DNA of 64,000 nt, taken from the NCBI RefSeq assembly GCF_000315625.1, contig NW_005434663.1:124001-188000 (forward strand). The letters run 5' to 3'. Source of the DNA: Guillardia theta CCMP2712 (taxonomy: Eukaryota > Protista > Cryptophyta). The notes beneath the pieces are model-generated. The model was given only the letters and a program-made list of their open reading frames with translations, was not told the DNA's origin and searched no databases. A program made the position numbers and the translations under genes. Every line of letters begins with the position of its first letter. Position 1 is the stretch's first letter. Below, piece after piece: positions 40,518 through 52,800 of this stretch.

Positions 40518-43500
40518 TGCTCCTGCTAATCTTCTTCTTCTCCTCTCAATGCTCGCAGCTCTTCGGAGGAGGGTCACCATCCTGCGAGAAGCTGGCGGTT
40601 CCGATCTGGAGAAGCTCTCGATCCCCAGCCGTGGACGGAAGGCGAGCGAGGTTGCTGAAACGTCAGACGGCTGAGGGCACTTGCCACAGGCATCTGTCCA
40701 ACTTGAAGTGCTTGCTCCGACGACGACATGTCCACCAGCACTCGCTCAGCTCCGAGGACCTCGAGGCCTTCAACAAGTTGAAGAGCATGAGTGAGAGTGC
40801 GCAGGTGAAGTGGTTCTAAAGCTTGTTCCCGATGGTCATAAGACCAGCCTCTTCCATTCCTCATCTTCTTCATCCGCACCTCACATCCATTCTCCTTCTG
40901 ACCTGCTCGCCCTGCTCTCTCCTCCAGCTCCTCTTCGCCTTCCTACGCAACTCTGCTCACCAAGCCTGTGGAGGAATCCCTGCGTCTGCTTGTCGCTGGT
41001 TTTCTTGCGATGATCCGGAAGTATTTGACAGGGAGGGAAGACATGGAATCTGATTCTTGTTGGGCAGGTCAGAGGAGCAGCCAACGAACTCTGTGAGAAT
41101 GGTTTTGCGCGTCGTCTTCAACATGTACCTTGTCTCACCTGCTACGATGATGGTGACTTGTATGTACAACCAGGTTTGCGATCTCCCTCAGCCGCTCCAC
41201 TGCATCCTTCCGGTTCTTGACGACGCGAAATTGAAGAAGCTGTACTACGAGCGGTAAGACCACAGCAATGAGTCCAAAGATGACGCGCAAACAGACTGGG
41301 AGGGCATGTTTCAGGCTTGAAAGATAGAGAAACAATCACAAAGGAGATCTGCAAGGTCCTGACGAAGAGTGGAGACGACAAGTCAAGAGATAAGCAATTG
41401 GACCGTAAGAGGAGTGTACAAACTCTCATCGGACAGAAAGGCAACGTCACCAATGTTTACTCCAACGCCATTCTTGACATTCTTGGAATCTCTTCGAACA
41501 ATATAGCGAGGAGGTTGACGTCGCCAACCGCAGGAATCAGATCGCCGCTAATCATCAGCATCGCCGACGGCATCGAGCAATCCTTTCATCGTCTTGAGAT
41601 CTTGTTCTTTACCTCCGCTGGTTTCTCACCGGAAGACGCTGCGGCCTTGATGATGTGCGACCTTCAAACTTTCTTCTCCTCCGAAACTCCAAGGAGTGAA
41701 AGCGAACCGTCCTCGCAAGCGCAAGGCAAGAAGATGTCAGATCTCCCACAGCTTGAAGCAGCGATCAAGCTGTCCGATGAGTTGGTCCGTGTTCCATTCC
41801 TTTCTGCCTCTGACTGAGCGTTGATGATCGTGATCCTGTTTCTTCTGCTCCACGTTTCTGTCGTCTCAACCTCTCCTTGCATCCTTCTCCTCCTGCTCTT
41901 CCTCTGTCTCCTTACCTCCCCTTCAATCTCACCCTCTTGTTGATCTCAGGAAGCCTCAGTGAGAGTTGGAGACGCACTTGCGGCATACAAGAGCGTCGAG
42001 CGGGCGGCAAACATCTTCCAGTCTGCTCTGCGAGCCAAGACCGACGTGCTCGCCTTCAGGTCAAACCCCTGCCACGCTGTCATCGCCCGCATCTTGTACT
42101 GCGGTGTGGGGCTGCTGGAAAGAGACAAGAGATACAAAGAAGCAATCCGAGTCATCGGTGGGCTGACTTGCTTCTTGCTCCTCTTGGATGATTCCTGTCA
42201 CCCCGACAGATCTCCTGCTCAGCGCTGACTTGCCGCTCAAAGTTCACTTCTCCTCCCCTCAGCTTCTCCTGCGGAAAGTGATGGACCTGCAGCATACGGG
42301 TAGTTGCGTTCGCCCTCCCCTCCCTCTCCATGATCTTCCGCCAGGTTCTCTTGAATCAGCACTTTCGCTCTGTGAAGCATACCTAGAGAAGTCGAGCATT
42401 CAAGGTCACCCCCCTCCCCCAATCCCCTCATCTTCTCCCCCTCATCTTCTCCCCCTCATCTGCTCCCCCCCATCTCCTCCCCCTCATCTTCTCCCCCTCA
42501 TCTCCTCCCCCTCATCTCCTCGCCTCTCTCCTCGCCTCTCTCCTCGCCTCTCTCCTCGCCTCTCCCCTCGCGCTGCTGTGCTGCTGTCGCTGCCTCCTCC
42601 CTATCCTGCTCTCTCACCCTCACCCTCTCCTTCTCTCTTTCCCTGTCCGCTCCATCGACAGGAGAGTTCCGCATCGCCATGGAAGCACGCTGCTCAAAGC
42701 TCTCAGGTACTGATGCCTGCTGGCACGAGAAGCCTCTCACCGAGACCCTCCGGTCCTGGCAGTCCCTCCCCGCCGATGGAAGCCGGCAGCCTTGCCCACG
42801 AGGAGGACAGCAACACAGCGGCAAATCGTCTCCGACATCCCATACGTGCTCGCCATCATCCCTTGACCCCACCTGACGCTGCTCCAGGTCGAGAACGCAG
42901 CTCTGCAGCATTACGCGAGCGAGGAGGGAGGGGGCTGGAAGTGCGGCATGCATACAGAGAACGGCATCTGGCACATGCTGTTTGGGGTCCTCCTAGCTGA
43001 CGTCCTCCTGGACCCTTGCGACCTTTTCGTTCCCGAAGATTTGATGGAAGTGAAGCACCTGCCCTCTGCCTTTCACATGCTCCCCTCACTCTGCATTGCC
43101 GCAGAGTCCGCTGGATTTTGGGGGTTCAGCTTTCTTCGAGAGGAGGAGGTAGGGCAGAATGACGTGCAGCCCTATCATGACGTCTGGGGCAGACTTGAGA
43201 TCTCACAACGACTGAGCTCTATCAGTGACGTGGCAGAGGGAGAAGGAGTTTGCCCCCTGGTCGATCGTCTGACGAAGAACTGGGATTGCTACAAGAACAG
43301 AATGTGCATCGGTGTGCAGTGGAACAGACACAGTCTGCAAGAGTTGATCGCCATCGCGCGGGTGGGTTCAGCACAAATACTCACATCAGCGTGATTGCTT
43401 CTTCGTGCAACGTGACAAATTTGACAGTGTATTGGAAAGGAAGTCATTGCATGCGTGTGCAACCTGTGAGACTCTTTGCGCGTCCCCGTCAAACTTTGAC

Positions 43501-44001
43501 AAGCAGGGCAGGTTTGCAAGGGACTTTCAGACTTGGCGCCATGGTCTACCAGACCTTATCTTCTGGGACGAAGCGAAGGTGAGGGAGGGAATGAAGGAGA
43601 AGAGGAGGGGAGAAGAGGAGAAAAGAGGGGAGGGAAGGGAAGGAGGAGACAAGGTGAGGGGAGGCTCGAAGGGTCTTGTGTCGTCTTTAACGAAGGATCA
43701 GGATGCAAAATGTTCGTCGCTGCTAGTGGAGGTCAAGGGGCCAGGAGATAGTTTGAGCAACGCACAGGTACCTTAAACTGCCTGCGCGGGCGATTCTGAC
43801 TGTCCTCTTCCTCGCTGCCACTTTCTCCCCTCCTTCTTCCCTCCGTCTTCTGTTTCACTTGCCTCCTCCTCCTCCTCCTCCTCCTCCCCAACCTCGGCCA
43901 CGCCCGCTCTCTGCCTGTCGTCGGCTCAGATCGCGTGGATCCACGAGCTCCTGGAGGCAGGAGCACACGTCGAAGTTTGCCATGTTGAGCGATCACAATG
44001 A
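39786..44001 (+). CDS. FAN1: Fanconi-associated nuclease 1 homolog (VRR-NUC domain)
   Basis: HTENGIWHMLFGVLL, GLPDLIFW and LVEVKGPGDSLSNAQ|IAWIHELLEAGAHVEVCHV form the PD-(D/E)xK VRR-NUC signature; many short introns; stop at 43999-44001. Confidence 0.85.
39961..40095 (+). repeat. GGA/GCA microsatellite encoding a Gly/Ala tract in the FAN1 N-terminus
   Basis: Visible tandem repeat, in frame with ORF 39786. Confidence 0.8.
40450..40525. repeat. (CTCCTG)n intronic microsatellite
   Basis: Visible tandem repeat directly after a GT donor. Confidence 0.85.
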
Positions 44002-44018
44002 GGCTCCTCCTACCTCCT

Positions 44019-45041
44019 TCACTCTAGAAGCAAGTCGATCCCTGCCGGCAGACCCCTGGGCTTCTCCCTCCTGCTCGGAACGAACGCAAGCAGCTCCTTG
44101 CTCCTTGCCACGGCAGCGCAAGACTGGAACCCTTGCGAGCTGAATGCTGAACAACTTGAACGGTCGGGTTGAAAGGGGTCGACCAAACATCGTTCATCCA
44201 GCAGCAGTGTCATGCTACACTCCTCGGTGCCGCCAGGATTAGGGAAGGGAGAGGTGGTTGGTGCCTCCTGCAGACGGAGACTTCGTGACTTAGATATGCT
44301 GTCTTGCAGCTGCTTCACATGCTGCTGAACCTTCTGTATGTTGTGACACCTTTCTTCAACCTCCATAAGATCTTTCACGTAACCTGTTGTAGAACACGAC
44401 TGTTCCGCAACATCAAACGTTCTTTCGACAACAACAACGGACTTATGAGCGTCTTGTGTTCTTGCCTTCCATTCCCTCAAAGCAAACTGAGCAGCTCCCT
44501 TCCATCGTGAGCGCGTCACTTGCTGCTCCACCTGCTGCAACTTCGACGACCTGATTCGGAGTCTCCTCCATTCCTGTAAAGGGAGCTGTAACCTCCTCGT
44601 CCTCAGGCGGATCTCCAAGGTCCTGAAGAGCTTCTGCTGGCACTGAGCGAGAGATTTCTGACACGTGCTCCATCTCAATCGAGCAAAGGCTTCGTTCACT
44701 TGAGGTTCATCCCCGTCTGGGTCGAACTCGTCCTCCCCCGAAGATTCTGCTCTCGCTCGTCTCCTTGACCTTCCATTCGTCCTCGCAAGCCTTGATCGAC
44801 TGATAGCACGCCATCCTTGAAGTGTGAGCCGAACAAAGAGACGCTCTCGATGTCGCTCTGCCCATTTCTGACGGAAGCTGAGGACATTTTCATACTCGAG
44901 GAATTTTCGCAGTGCCCACGAGTTCGCGTACACAGCGAGTTGATCGCAGGTCGTCTTGTTGTTCACATCATGCTTCGCACATGGAAGGAAGTTCTCTTCA
45001 ACGTCCTCCAGCATCTTCTCTCTCATCTCCTTCACCTTCAC
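44019..45041 (-). CDS. Coiled-coil protein with Sfi1-like Trp repeats (hypothetical)
   Basis: Open 340-codon frame, basic and helical, with LQGWR, FARLRW, LQEWR and LREWK motifs. Confidence 0.6.
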   Translation of the reverse strand: MKVKEMREKMLEDVEENFLPCAKHDVNNKTTCDQLAVYANSWALRKFLEYENVLSFRQKWAERHRERLFVRLTLQGWRAISRSRLARTNGRSRRRARAESSGEDEFDPDGDEPQVNEAFARLRWSTCQKSLAQCQQKLFRTLEIRLRTRRLQLPLQEWRRLRIRSSKLQQVEQQVTRSRWKGAAQFALREWKARTQDAHKSVVVVERTFDVAEQSCSTTGYVKDLMEVEERCHNIQKVQQHVKQLQDSISKSRSLRLQEAPTTSPFPNPGGTEECSMTLLLDERCLVDPFQPDRSSCSAFSSQGFQSCAAVARSKELLAFVPSRREKPRGLPAGIDLLLE

Positions 45042-45316
45042 CTCATGACTTCATCGCGATTCTTACTGACTGCTTAGCATTGCTTCGTGTCAACGGAAGT
45101 CAAATATCCTCTGAAGTTACCACCCTTCTCTCCCTTCAAGTTACCTCCCTGACCCCACCCTCCTTCTCCCTATGCACCCTACCCTACCTTCACCAGACAC
45201 CACCCACATTTACAGGTCAAAACCACCCGTACTCCGCCATAACTTGTTGCGACTCCCTCCCCTTGTGCTGTGCTGCCTCCCATTCCGTTCCTCCCTGGCC
45301 CCCCGCACCCCCCTCC

Positions 45317-45363
45317 CTCCTCCTCCTCCTCCTCCTCCTCCTCCTCCTCCTCCTCCTCCTCCT
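45317..45363. repeat. (CCT)n microsatellite in divergent intergenic region
   Basis: Visible tandem repeat. Confidence 0.9.
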
Positions 45364-45574
45364 GAGTCTATCTACCCTCTTGTTCTCTCACTCTTCTGCT
45401 CCTCAGCTGCCTTGCTCTCATTCTCCTGCCCCTCTCCTCTCACTGTTTTCCCTCAAGCAGAGGGGGACAAAAGCTATCAAGAAGGTCCAAGTTGTGTCAG
45501 GAGGAGATGAGAAGTGACAGCTGAGACAATCAAGCTCTAAGACAACAGCTGCACTAGCATCAGAGGTTGACGTC

Positions 45575-48500
45575 ATGCCAGCCTTCTTCAAGCTCTTCCT
45601 GCATGTGTGCAGTTTTGTCTTGTCGTGCCAATCGCTTGGCACCAGGCAGGCTGCTAACGCAAGAGTCAGTCACAGAGGTGCATTCGTGCCTGCCGGCAAC
45701 TTGCTCCTCTTACACAAGTCCGTGAGTCTGCAAAGAACTTTCGACTCAGCCTGCCGTGATGACACTATCAAGGGAGCAAAGATACGAACACGGTCACAGA
45801 AACCCTCAACACTCATGCAGGCGCCTGCGCTCTCCAAGAGTGATAGTTCCGCTGGGGACTCGAGTGGCCTTCAAGTCATCCCACAACTATTCCAGAGCTT
45901 GCTTTCGATTCGTGATAATCAGCACGTGAACGAATTGCCTGCAAAGTTGATTGTCGACACCGCAAACAAATTGAACTACACAGACTTCAGCAGCGGGTCA
46001 GGTGGATGGTCCCGCTGCTTTAGAACGACGAGAATCTCTCTGATGGAGAGCTCGTTCTGCAGTGTTTCCTTGGTGCTCCTTCCTGAAAAGTCGTCAATCC
46101 CTCCTCATGATAGGCCAGGGGCTGAATGGACTGTACACAAAGTGATTCAAGGAGATGTCAGGACCCGGCTGTTGCAAATCACTTTCTGTGCTGAAGATGA
46201 GAGCTTCATTGCAAGGATCATGCAGGATACCAAAGAAACGGTGGGTTGACACTAGCTCAACAATTGAGGCTGACCTGTTTCGTAGGGATTCCATGATTCC
46301 TTGAAGGCTTTCGAATGGAACAGGGCAAACGACGAGGAAGACTGTGTCTGCAGGGGAGGACGCTGCCCAAGAAGAGAAGGATGCAAGTTCTGGGTAGAGC
46401 TGATGAAAGACAGGTTCAGCAGGAGAAAATCTAGGTACTCGTGGTGGGAGGGTGGAATATTTCTTATCCTTGGTTTTCAAGAACTGCTTCCTGCTTGGAG
46501 GACGTTCTTCTAGACGTGTCTAAAGACGCGCAAGTGTTCGAAGCCGGCCGAGGTCAACTGTTGCAGGTGAAAATTCTTTGTCTTGATCCCATTAAGTATT
46601 CTTGTGTCAGTTGTCGAATGAAGGTCCTGGTGTGGCGTGTGTCCTGGAGATTTCCTATGGCGGTGGCCTGACAGGGAACGGGACTGTCGAAAGCCCAAGG
46701 TTGAATGTGTTAGAATCAGAGAACTTCTGCAACTGTTGAGCTTCTGACAGATCAACTCGTTATTTCCGTGAGAGGAATGAGGTACACGCTCGATCCCTCG
46801 ATTTCAGACTCTGGTTCTCAAACCTTGAGCAGCCGATTGGAAAACCTCCAGGAGGCTCCGACGGACCTGGAGAACAGCCGATTGTTGTCTCTGAGTTGCA
46901 AGATTATCCCGCGGATGCTCCGAGTGAAGGTGAATGTTTCGTGCTGTTCTCTTTGAATGTCGACACTCTACTTGCGCAGGCTACTGGAGTGGAGAGAGCC
47001 TTAAGATGCTGGAGAAGCCGCAAGAAGTCTCTCAGAGCAGTGAGTTCCCATCTTGCTGGTCTCCTTGTTGTCTTTCTTGTTGTCGGTGGATTATTGTGAT
47101 AGTGCTGTACACAGCAGCAAAAATGCTCGAGGGAAGTCACGGAGTGAAAAAAACCCACAGATTGCTCAACCTGATTCGAAGTGCAAGATCTCGTCTGGGT
47201 TTGCTTGAAAGGCCTGATCAGAAAGGAGATCAGATTGCGAGGAAGGAAAAAGCTGCTGAAGATCTGCATGGAAAGGCATCAAACACCGCAAAGAAGCTTG
47301 CCTTGGGCTGTACAAAGGACTTCGATTTCGCCGCTTACACTCTCCCTGGTTTCCGAGGGGAGAGCACGAAATTGAATCAGGACGGCTATCTCTGCTCCGC
47401 CAACTGCAACAGAGGGGACGCTCAGGTTGGCATCTTTGGTGTCTTGGACGGACATGGAGCAAGAGGACATTTTGTGCGAGACTATCTTGAAGCAGGTGAT
47501 CCCTTGTGAGTCTCAGCCCATCTCAACATCTTCACAGAACTACTGCCAACCCTTCAAAACTTGTGCTTGATGGAGGACGAGAAGAGGGAGCCGGAGACGG
47601 AAGGATCCAGTTCGAGCTCTGTCGTCCAACGTCATATGCTCGAAGCCGAAATCATCGCGAGGTTTCTCAATGTGAACAGGTCTTTACAATCCTGCTTTCA
47701 TGTTGAGAGGGAGTGATTTCTTATTTCCCGGCAGAGCTCTTCTCAACCAAGTGGATTGTACCATGAGTGGCTCAACGTGTACCCTTGCTCTCGTCCTGCC
47801 CGATGGGAGCGGGAACAAGACGATGGTGTTTGCAAACCTGGGTGACTCGAGAGCTGTCATCGGAGCTCGGCGAAGCGAGAACTCGCCCTTGGTATCCATT
47901 GATGCCACCATCGATCACAAACCAGGCATCCCGGCAGAGAGGAAACGGATCACAGACTCGGGAGGTTGGGTAGGCGTCATTGACCAAATGCAGAAGAGGT
48001 GCGGGAGGGTTTGGAAAACCCTCTGGGCTGACTCCTTGTGGGTGTAGGATCATGCTGCTTGAAGATTCGGTTGACGAAGGTTACGACGGTCAGAACATTC
48101 ACTTCAACGCTGAATTTATCGACTCCGACAGCAACCCCAGGTGCGTCTCTTCGCCTCGCCTCCTCCGACTCACCTCTCTACAGCTTTGCATATCACAATG
48201 ACATCTTGAGGAAGACGGCGAGAGTCTTCATCCCCGGCTCAAACTTGCCTGGCCTCGCTGTCAGTCGCTCCTTCGGCGATGAAGCCGTTGGTCACCTCGG
48301 CGTCACATCAAGCCCCGAAGTCACTTTCCTCAGCTGCTCGCCTGCTCATAAGTTCATCATTCTGGCTACTGACGGGCTCTGGGAGGTACAGCTCGAGTCT
48401 CTCGAGCTTCAAGGGTGATGATCGGATGTCGCCAGGTCCTGACCAGCCAGGAAAGCGTCGAGATTGTCGGGCAACATGCGGATGCGGACGGAGGGGCACG

Positions 48501-48638
48501 AGCTCTGCTTGACGTCGCTTCTCACAGGTGCTCTCTCATCCTCACAGCAAGTCACTGACCGTCTTGACAAGGTGGCAAAATCGCCCTCCCTATGTTTATC
48601 GCGATGACATCACTGTGATGATCGTTCAACTTCCATGA
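45575..48638 (+). CDS. PP2C (PPM) protein phosphatase with presequence and N-terminal degenerate PCO/ADO-like cupin
   Basis: PP2C motifs NQD, FGVLDGHG, SGSTC, ANLGDSRAV, DHKP, GLAVSRSFGD, LATDGLWE and DDITV; stop at 48636-48638. Upstream exons appear to join in phase and carry a signal peptide and SVSLVLLPEKSSIPPHDRPG. Confidence 0.8.
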
Positions 48639-49094
48639 TCCTTGAAGATCGAGCTACTACCTGGCAAGATCGAGCTACTACCAACTTAACTTTGAGTAAA
48701 GAACCTGGCATCACAGGAAGTAAAATCTCATCTGGCATTGTTTCTAGTTTGGGGGACAGCAGTCGGCAGGTTTAGGTTTGGTTCTCGCTGTCTTTTCTCT
48801 TCTCGCCGTTTGGCCTGTGCGACAGTGTCAGGGTCAAGCCTCCTCGACTCTCCTGATTGTCCTCGTACTGATTTTTAACTTAACTTCGAGTAAAGTTTCT
48901 AGTAAAAGACTCTGATGTGACTGCTCGGCTTCAAAACATCCCATGGGCCCGGGCCATGGCGGCAGTGCCGCTACCCGCCGGAGCCGTCCGGGCCCCGGAG
49001 GTTTGAAATCTTCACGTGCGGTGTGAACTGGGGGAATAGAGTGGGGGAGACAACAAAGCGCGAACAATGTGAGCATGAGCGAAGGTGATCCTCG

Positions 49095-49238
49095 TCCTCC
49101 TCCTCCTCCTCCTCCTGCTCCTCCTGCTCATCCTCCTCCTGCTCCTCCTCCTGATCCTCCTCCTGCTCCTCCTCCTGCTCCTCCTCCTGCTCCTCCTCCT
49201 GCTCCTCCTCCTGCTCCTCCTCCTGCTCCTCCTCCTCT
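49095..49238. repeat. CCT/CCTGCT compound microsatellite
   Basis: Visible tandem repeat. Confidence 0.9.
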
Positions 49239-49820
49239 CCACCACCACCTCCTCCCCATTCCTCTCTACTACTCCTTCCGTTGGTTCACTTGCGTCCTCT
49301 GTGTTGGCATCATCGATGTCGATGAATGCGTGTCTAATGGACGCGATACTGTGGTGTTTGAAGATGCGCGGCTATCACACGAATGGGATTCGCGTATAGA
49401 TCTCACCAACATATGTGTCCAGCCAGTTCTCTGCCCTTCTCTCTCTCACTACCCTGTCCTCTTACCTCGCCTCTGTCTGCCTCACTTGCTGCTGTACCGG
49501 CTCCTCCTCTTCTGATCTTGCACTGCAGATGCTTCACCCCTGCGTCGCCTGAGTATCCGACGGATTGTGATTTATGTTTGTATGCGTTGTAATGAGTAAA
49601 TGAAAGTGTAACAGCAAAGAAGTAGATTGATTGACAATGACAACAACAACGATCATGACAAAACATGATGATGTTCTTGATCTCAAGGCCAACGTTCTTC
49701 ATGCCAAGGTCTGTCACGCGTGTCCCTGATATCCATTGCGAACTATTTCCAAGTGATTTTTGTCTCGGGAGAAGAGAACCTGAAGAGTCAAGGTCAGAGC
49801 ATGCATGGTAACTTGACATG

Positions 49821-52800
49821 TCAACAAAGTCTGCCGCTGTCGAACTGTCGTGAGTCTGCCCGCACGGTCAGTCGAAGTTTCTCATGCGCGCTGAGTACCT
49901 TGATCCTCTGATCCGAGTGGTTTCTGCCCTGAACAAACTCGTCGAGCTCTTTCACGAACATGTTGCTGGCAATGAAGAGTTGTGAGGAGGAGGAGGAGGA
50001 GGAGGTGGTGGTGGTGGTGGAGGAGGAGGAGGAGGAAGTGGTGGTGGAGGAGGAGGAGGAGGAAGCAGCATCAGTCTCACATCTTCCCTTGCCCCGCGTT
50101 CTGTCCTCCTTCCTCCCCTTCTTGCCTGCGTCCACCATTCGCTTCCTCGCTTGACTGGCTGTGAGCGTGCGAGGCTCGAGGGAAGAGCTTCTCGTTGGTA
50201 AAGTCTGACCCTCTCCTCCTCCTCGTGCCTGCCTTCACCTGCCTGCCGCTGGAATTCCTCAAGCTGCCGGCGCTCACGAACGAATCCTCGTGCGGTGAAA
50301 ATGCTGAGATGTCGCCCGATGAAAAATCTGGAAAGGGTGGAGCTGCAGAAGAATCTACTCCCCCTCGCCTGTTGCTTCTGTTTGCATCTCTTGCCTGCAT
50401 GGCTGACTTGCTGTCTTGCCCCTTGAGACGTTCTGGTTTCTGTCCCTTGCTCCTGATTTGATTGAAGTCCAGCGCCGGCACATCTCTCCTATCCCTCACA
50501 TCTCTCTCATTCTCTTCGTGTCTCTCTTGTGCGTCTTCTGTTTCTTGTCTGCGATCCCTCGGATCCCTTGGCAACGATGAGAAGTCAAATGCTGGTGATA
50601 AGTCGACTGCATGGCTGGTGAGTGATGAGTTTTGAAGCGAAGCTTGCTCAAAGTTTAGCTTGTCATCGAGCAGTGAAGCATTTCTTGCATCGCGATGCAA
50701 AGAGTCTTGCAGCTCATTGAACCTGCATGTCCAAATGATCCCCTCCCTCCCCTCCCTCCCCNNNNNNNNNNNNNNNNNNNNNNNNNNNNNNNNNNNNNNN
50801 NNNNNNNNNNNNNNNNNNNNNNNNNNNNNNNNNNNNNNNNNNNNNNNNNNNNNNNNNNNNNTCCCTTCGCTCCCCTCGCTTCCCTCGCTCCCCTCGCTCC
50901 CCTCGCTCCCCTCGCTCCCCTCGCTCCCCTCGCTCCCCTCTCTCCCCTCCCTTTTCTCTCTCCCTCGCCTCCTTTCGCGCGTATTCCCTGCCCCCTTCTT
51001 GATGCCGTCCCTTCATCGATCCTCTGCTTTCGTCTCCTTCTTCCTCCACCTCGGCATCCTCGTCTCTCTTCCCCTCCGCTCCCCCGCTCTCACCTCTTGA
51101 CCCAGGTTTCATTGAGCCGCCTCGTGTACTCCATGTTGTGTATCATCATATCCTTCAGTTCCTCCATCGTCTTTCTGGTCGATGAGCACTCCTTGCACGC
51201 ATGCTGGCACAAGTTACTTGCTATGTCCCTCTCAAGGCGACCGTCTTACATCGTTTGACGAGGATGACGACTTGAAGTCTTGTGAGCTAGATGGCTTCAC
51301 ATCCAGCACGTTGGGTAGAGAAGAGCTCCTGAAAACCTTCTTGCTGTTTGCAACATTCGATGCCATTTGTGTGGACTTACACGTTGAGTTAGTCTCCCAC
51401 GTCTGCCCGAGGATGATTTTGATCGCAAACGTCATGATGCCCATGTGCAGGTCGTCCTTGACGATCGAAGGGATCGAGTTCGCCAGGTTCCGCTCGGCGT
51501 ACGCGAACAGCTGTATTCTCAGCAGCCTGTCGAACGCATGCTTGTCTAGCTCACCCTCGTCGTTGCAGAGGGTCTGCTGGAGGGTAATGTTGTTGAACTC
51601 GTCCTCAGTGAAGTTGATCTTCGGCTTCACGTTCATCTTCCTCAGTCCCTCGCTCATTTCCTGCCAGCTCAGCGCCCCCGACCGATCTACGTCCATCCTG
51701 TCGAAGAGGTCGGACGCCCTCCTTGTAAGCTCCTCCGACGAGCGGCAGGTCATGAGGGTGGCCAGCAGCGGGTCGATGGAGCTGGTGACGCCCTCGGCGT
51801 TCTTGGACTCGAGCTGCTTCCTCTCGTTCTTGTCCTTCTCCCTCCTGGTCGCTGTTGTGAAGTGATCCAGGAGGACGGCGATGACGACGGGGAGGAGGGT
51901 GAAGGGGACGATAAGGATGAAGGAGATGAAGAAGAGAGTCGGGCCTGCGTCCATGGTGCCGTCGCTGCCAAACAGCGAGCGAGAGATTGACGCCCAGTCG
52001 TCGAAAGTGGCGACCTGAAGTGAAATAAGGAGAGAAAGGAGAGGGAGGTAAGGAGGAGGAGAGTGAGTGACCAGGTTGAGGGGAGATAGGAGAGGAGGAG
52101 AAAGAAGGTAAAAGTGAGGAGGGAAGAGCGAACAGGGAAGAGGAGGAAGAGGGGAGGAAAGTCAGAGGATGAACCTGAAACATCGTGAAGAAACTCTGAA
52201 GGAAAGTCAGAGACAGCAAGTGAAACATGTTCTCACCAGCGAGAAGTTGCTGAAATGCTCCAAGTTCTTATCCTTGAAAAAATTGACTCCAAGGACCTGA
52301 CGGTAACAGTGAGGACTATCAACGAGGAAGTCGAGGCGAGGAGAGGCGAGGAGGGGGCACGGGAAGGAATATCACCGCGTAGATTGAGATGATGAGGAAC
52401 ACGATGAACATGGCGTTGATGACGGGCCTGGAGAAGATAAGCCGTCAAGAAGAACGCCGGTGGGGCTGGGAAGAGACGCACAGCAGGGAAGTTGTGAGGG
52501 AGTTGATGAGCATGCGGAGGGATCTGAGCCTGAGACGAGAGGGTCAGAGGTAAGAGAACGACTTGACGACATAGGTTGCTCTGACTTACCTCGAGAAGAT
52601 TCTGAGAACTCGGAAGGCGCGGATGAGTCGAAGCGTCTTGATGAATGGAATGTCGACTGACAGGAATTCAGGCAGAATGCTCCTCTCTCTCCTCTCCTCT
52701 CTCCTCCTCCTCCTCCTCCTCCTCCTCCTCCTCCTCCTCCTCCTCCTCCTCCTCCTCCTCCTCCTCTTCACCTGGACCCAACGAAACAATTGAAACCGAA

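Noticed and set aside
48645-48683. Direct repeat AAGATCGAGCTACTAC x2 after the PP2C stop
   Set aside because: Only two copies with a ~6-nt spacer; a local duplication, not a CRISPR-like array.
49069-49592. Pro-rich ORF with DVDEC resembling a calcium-binding EGF start
   Set aside because: The remaining EGF cysteines are missing and most of the ORF is microsatellite; a small gene cannot be excluded.
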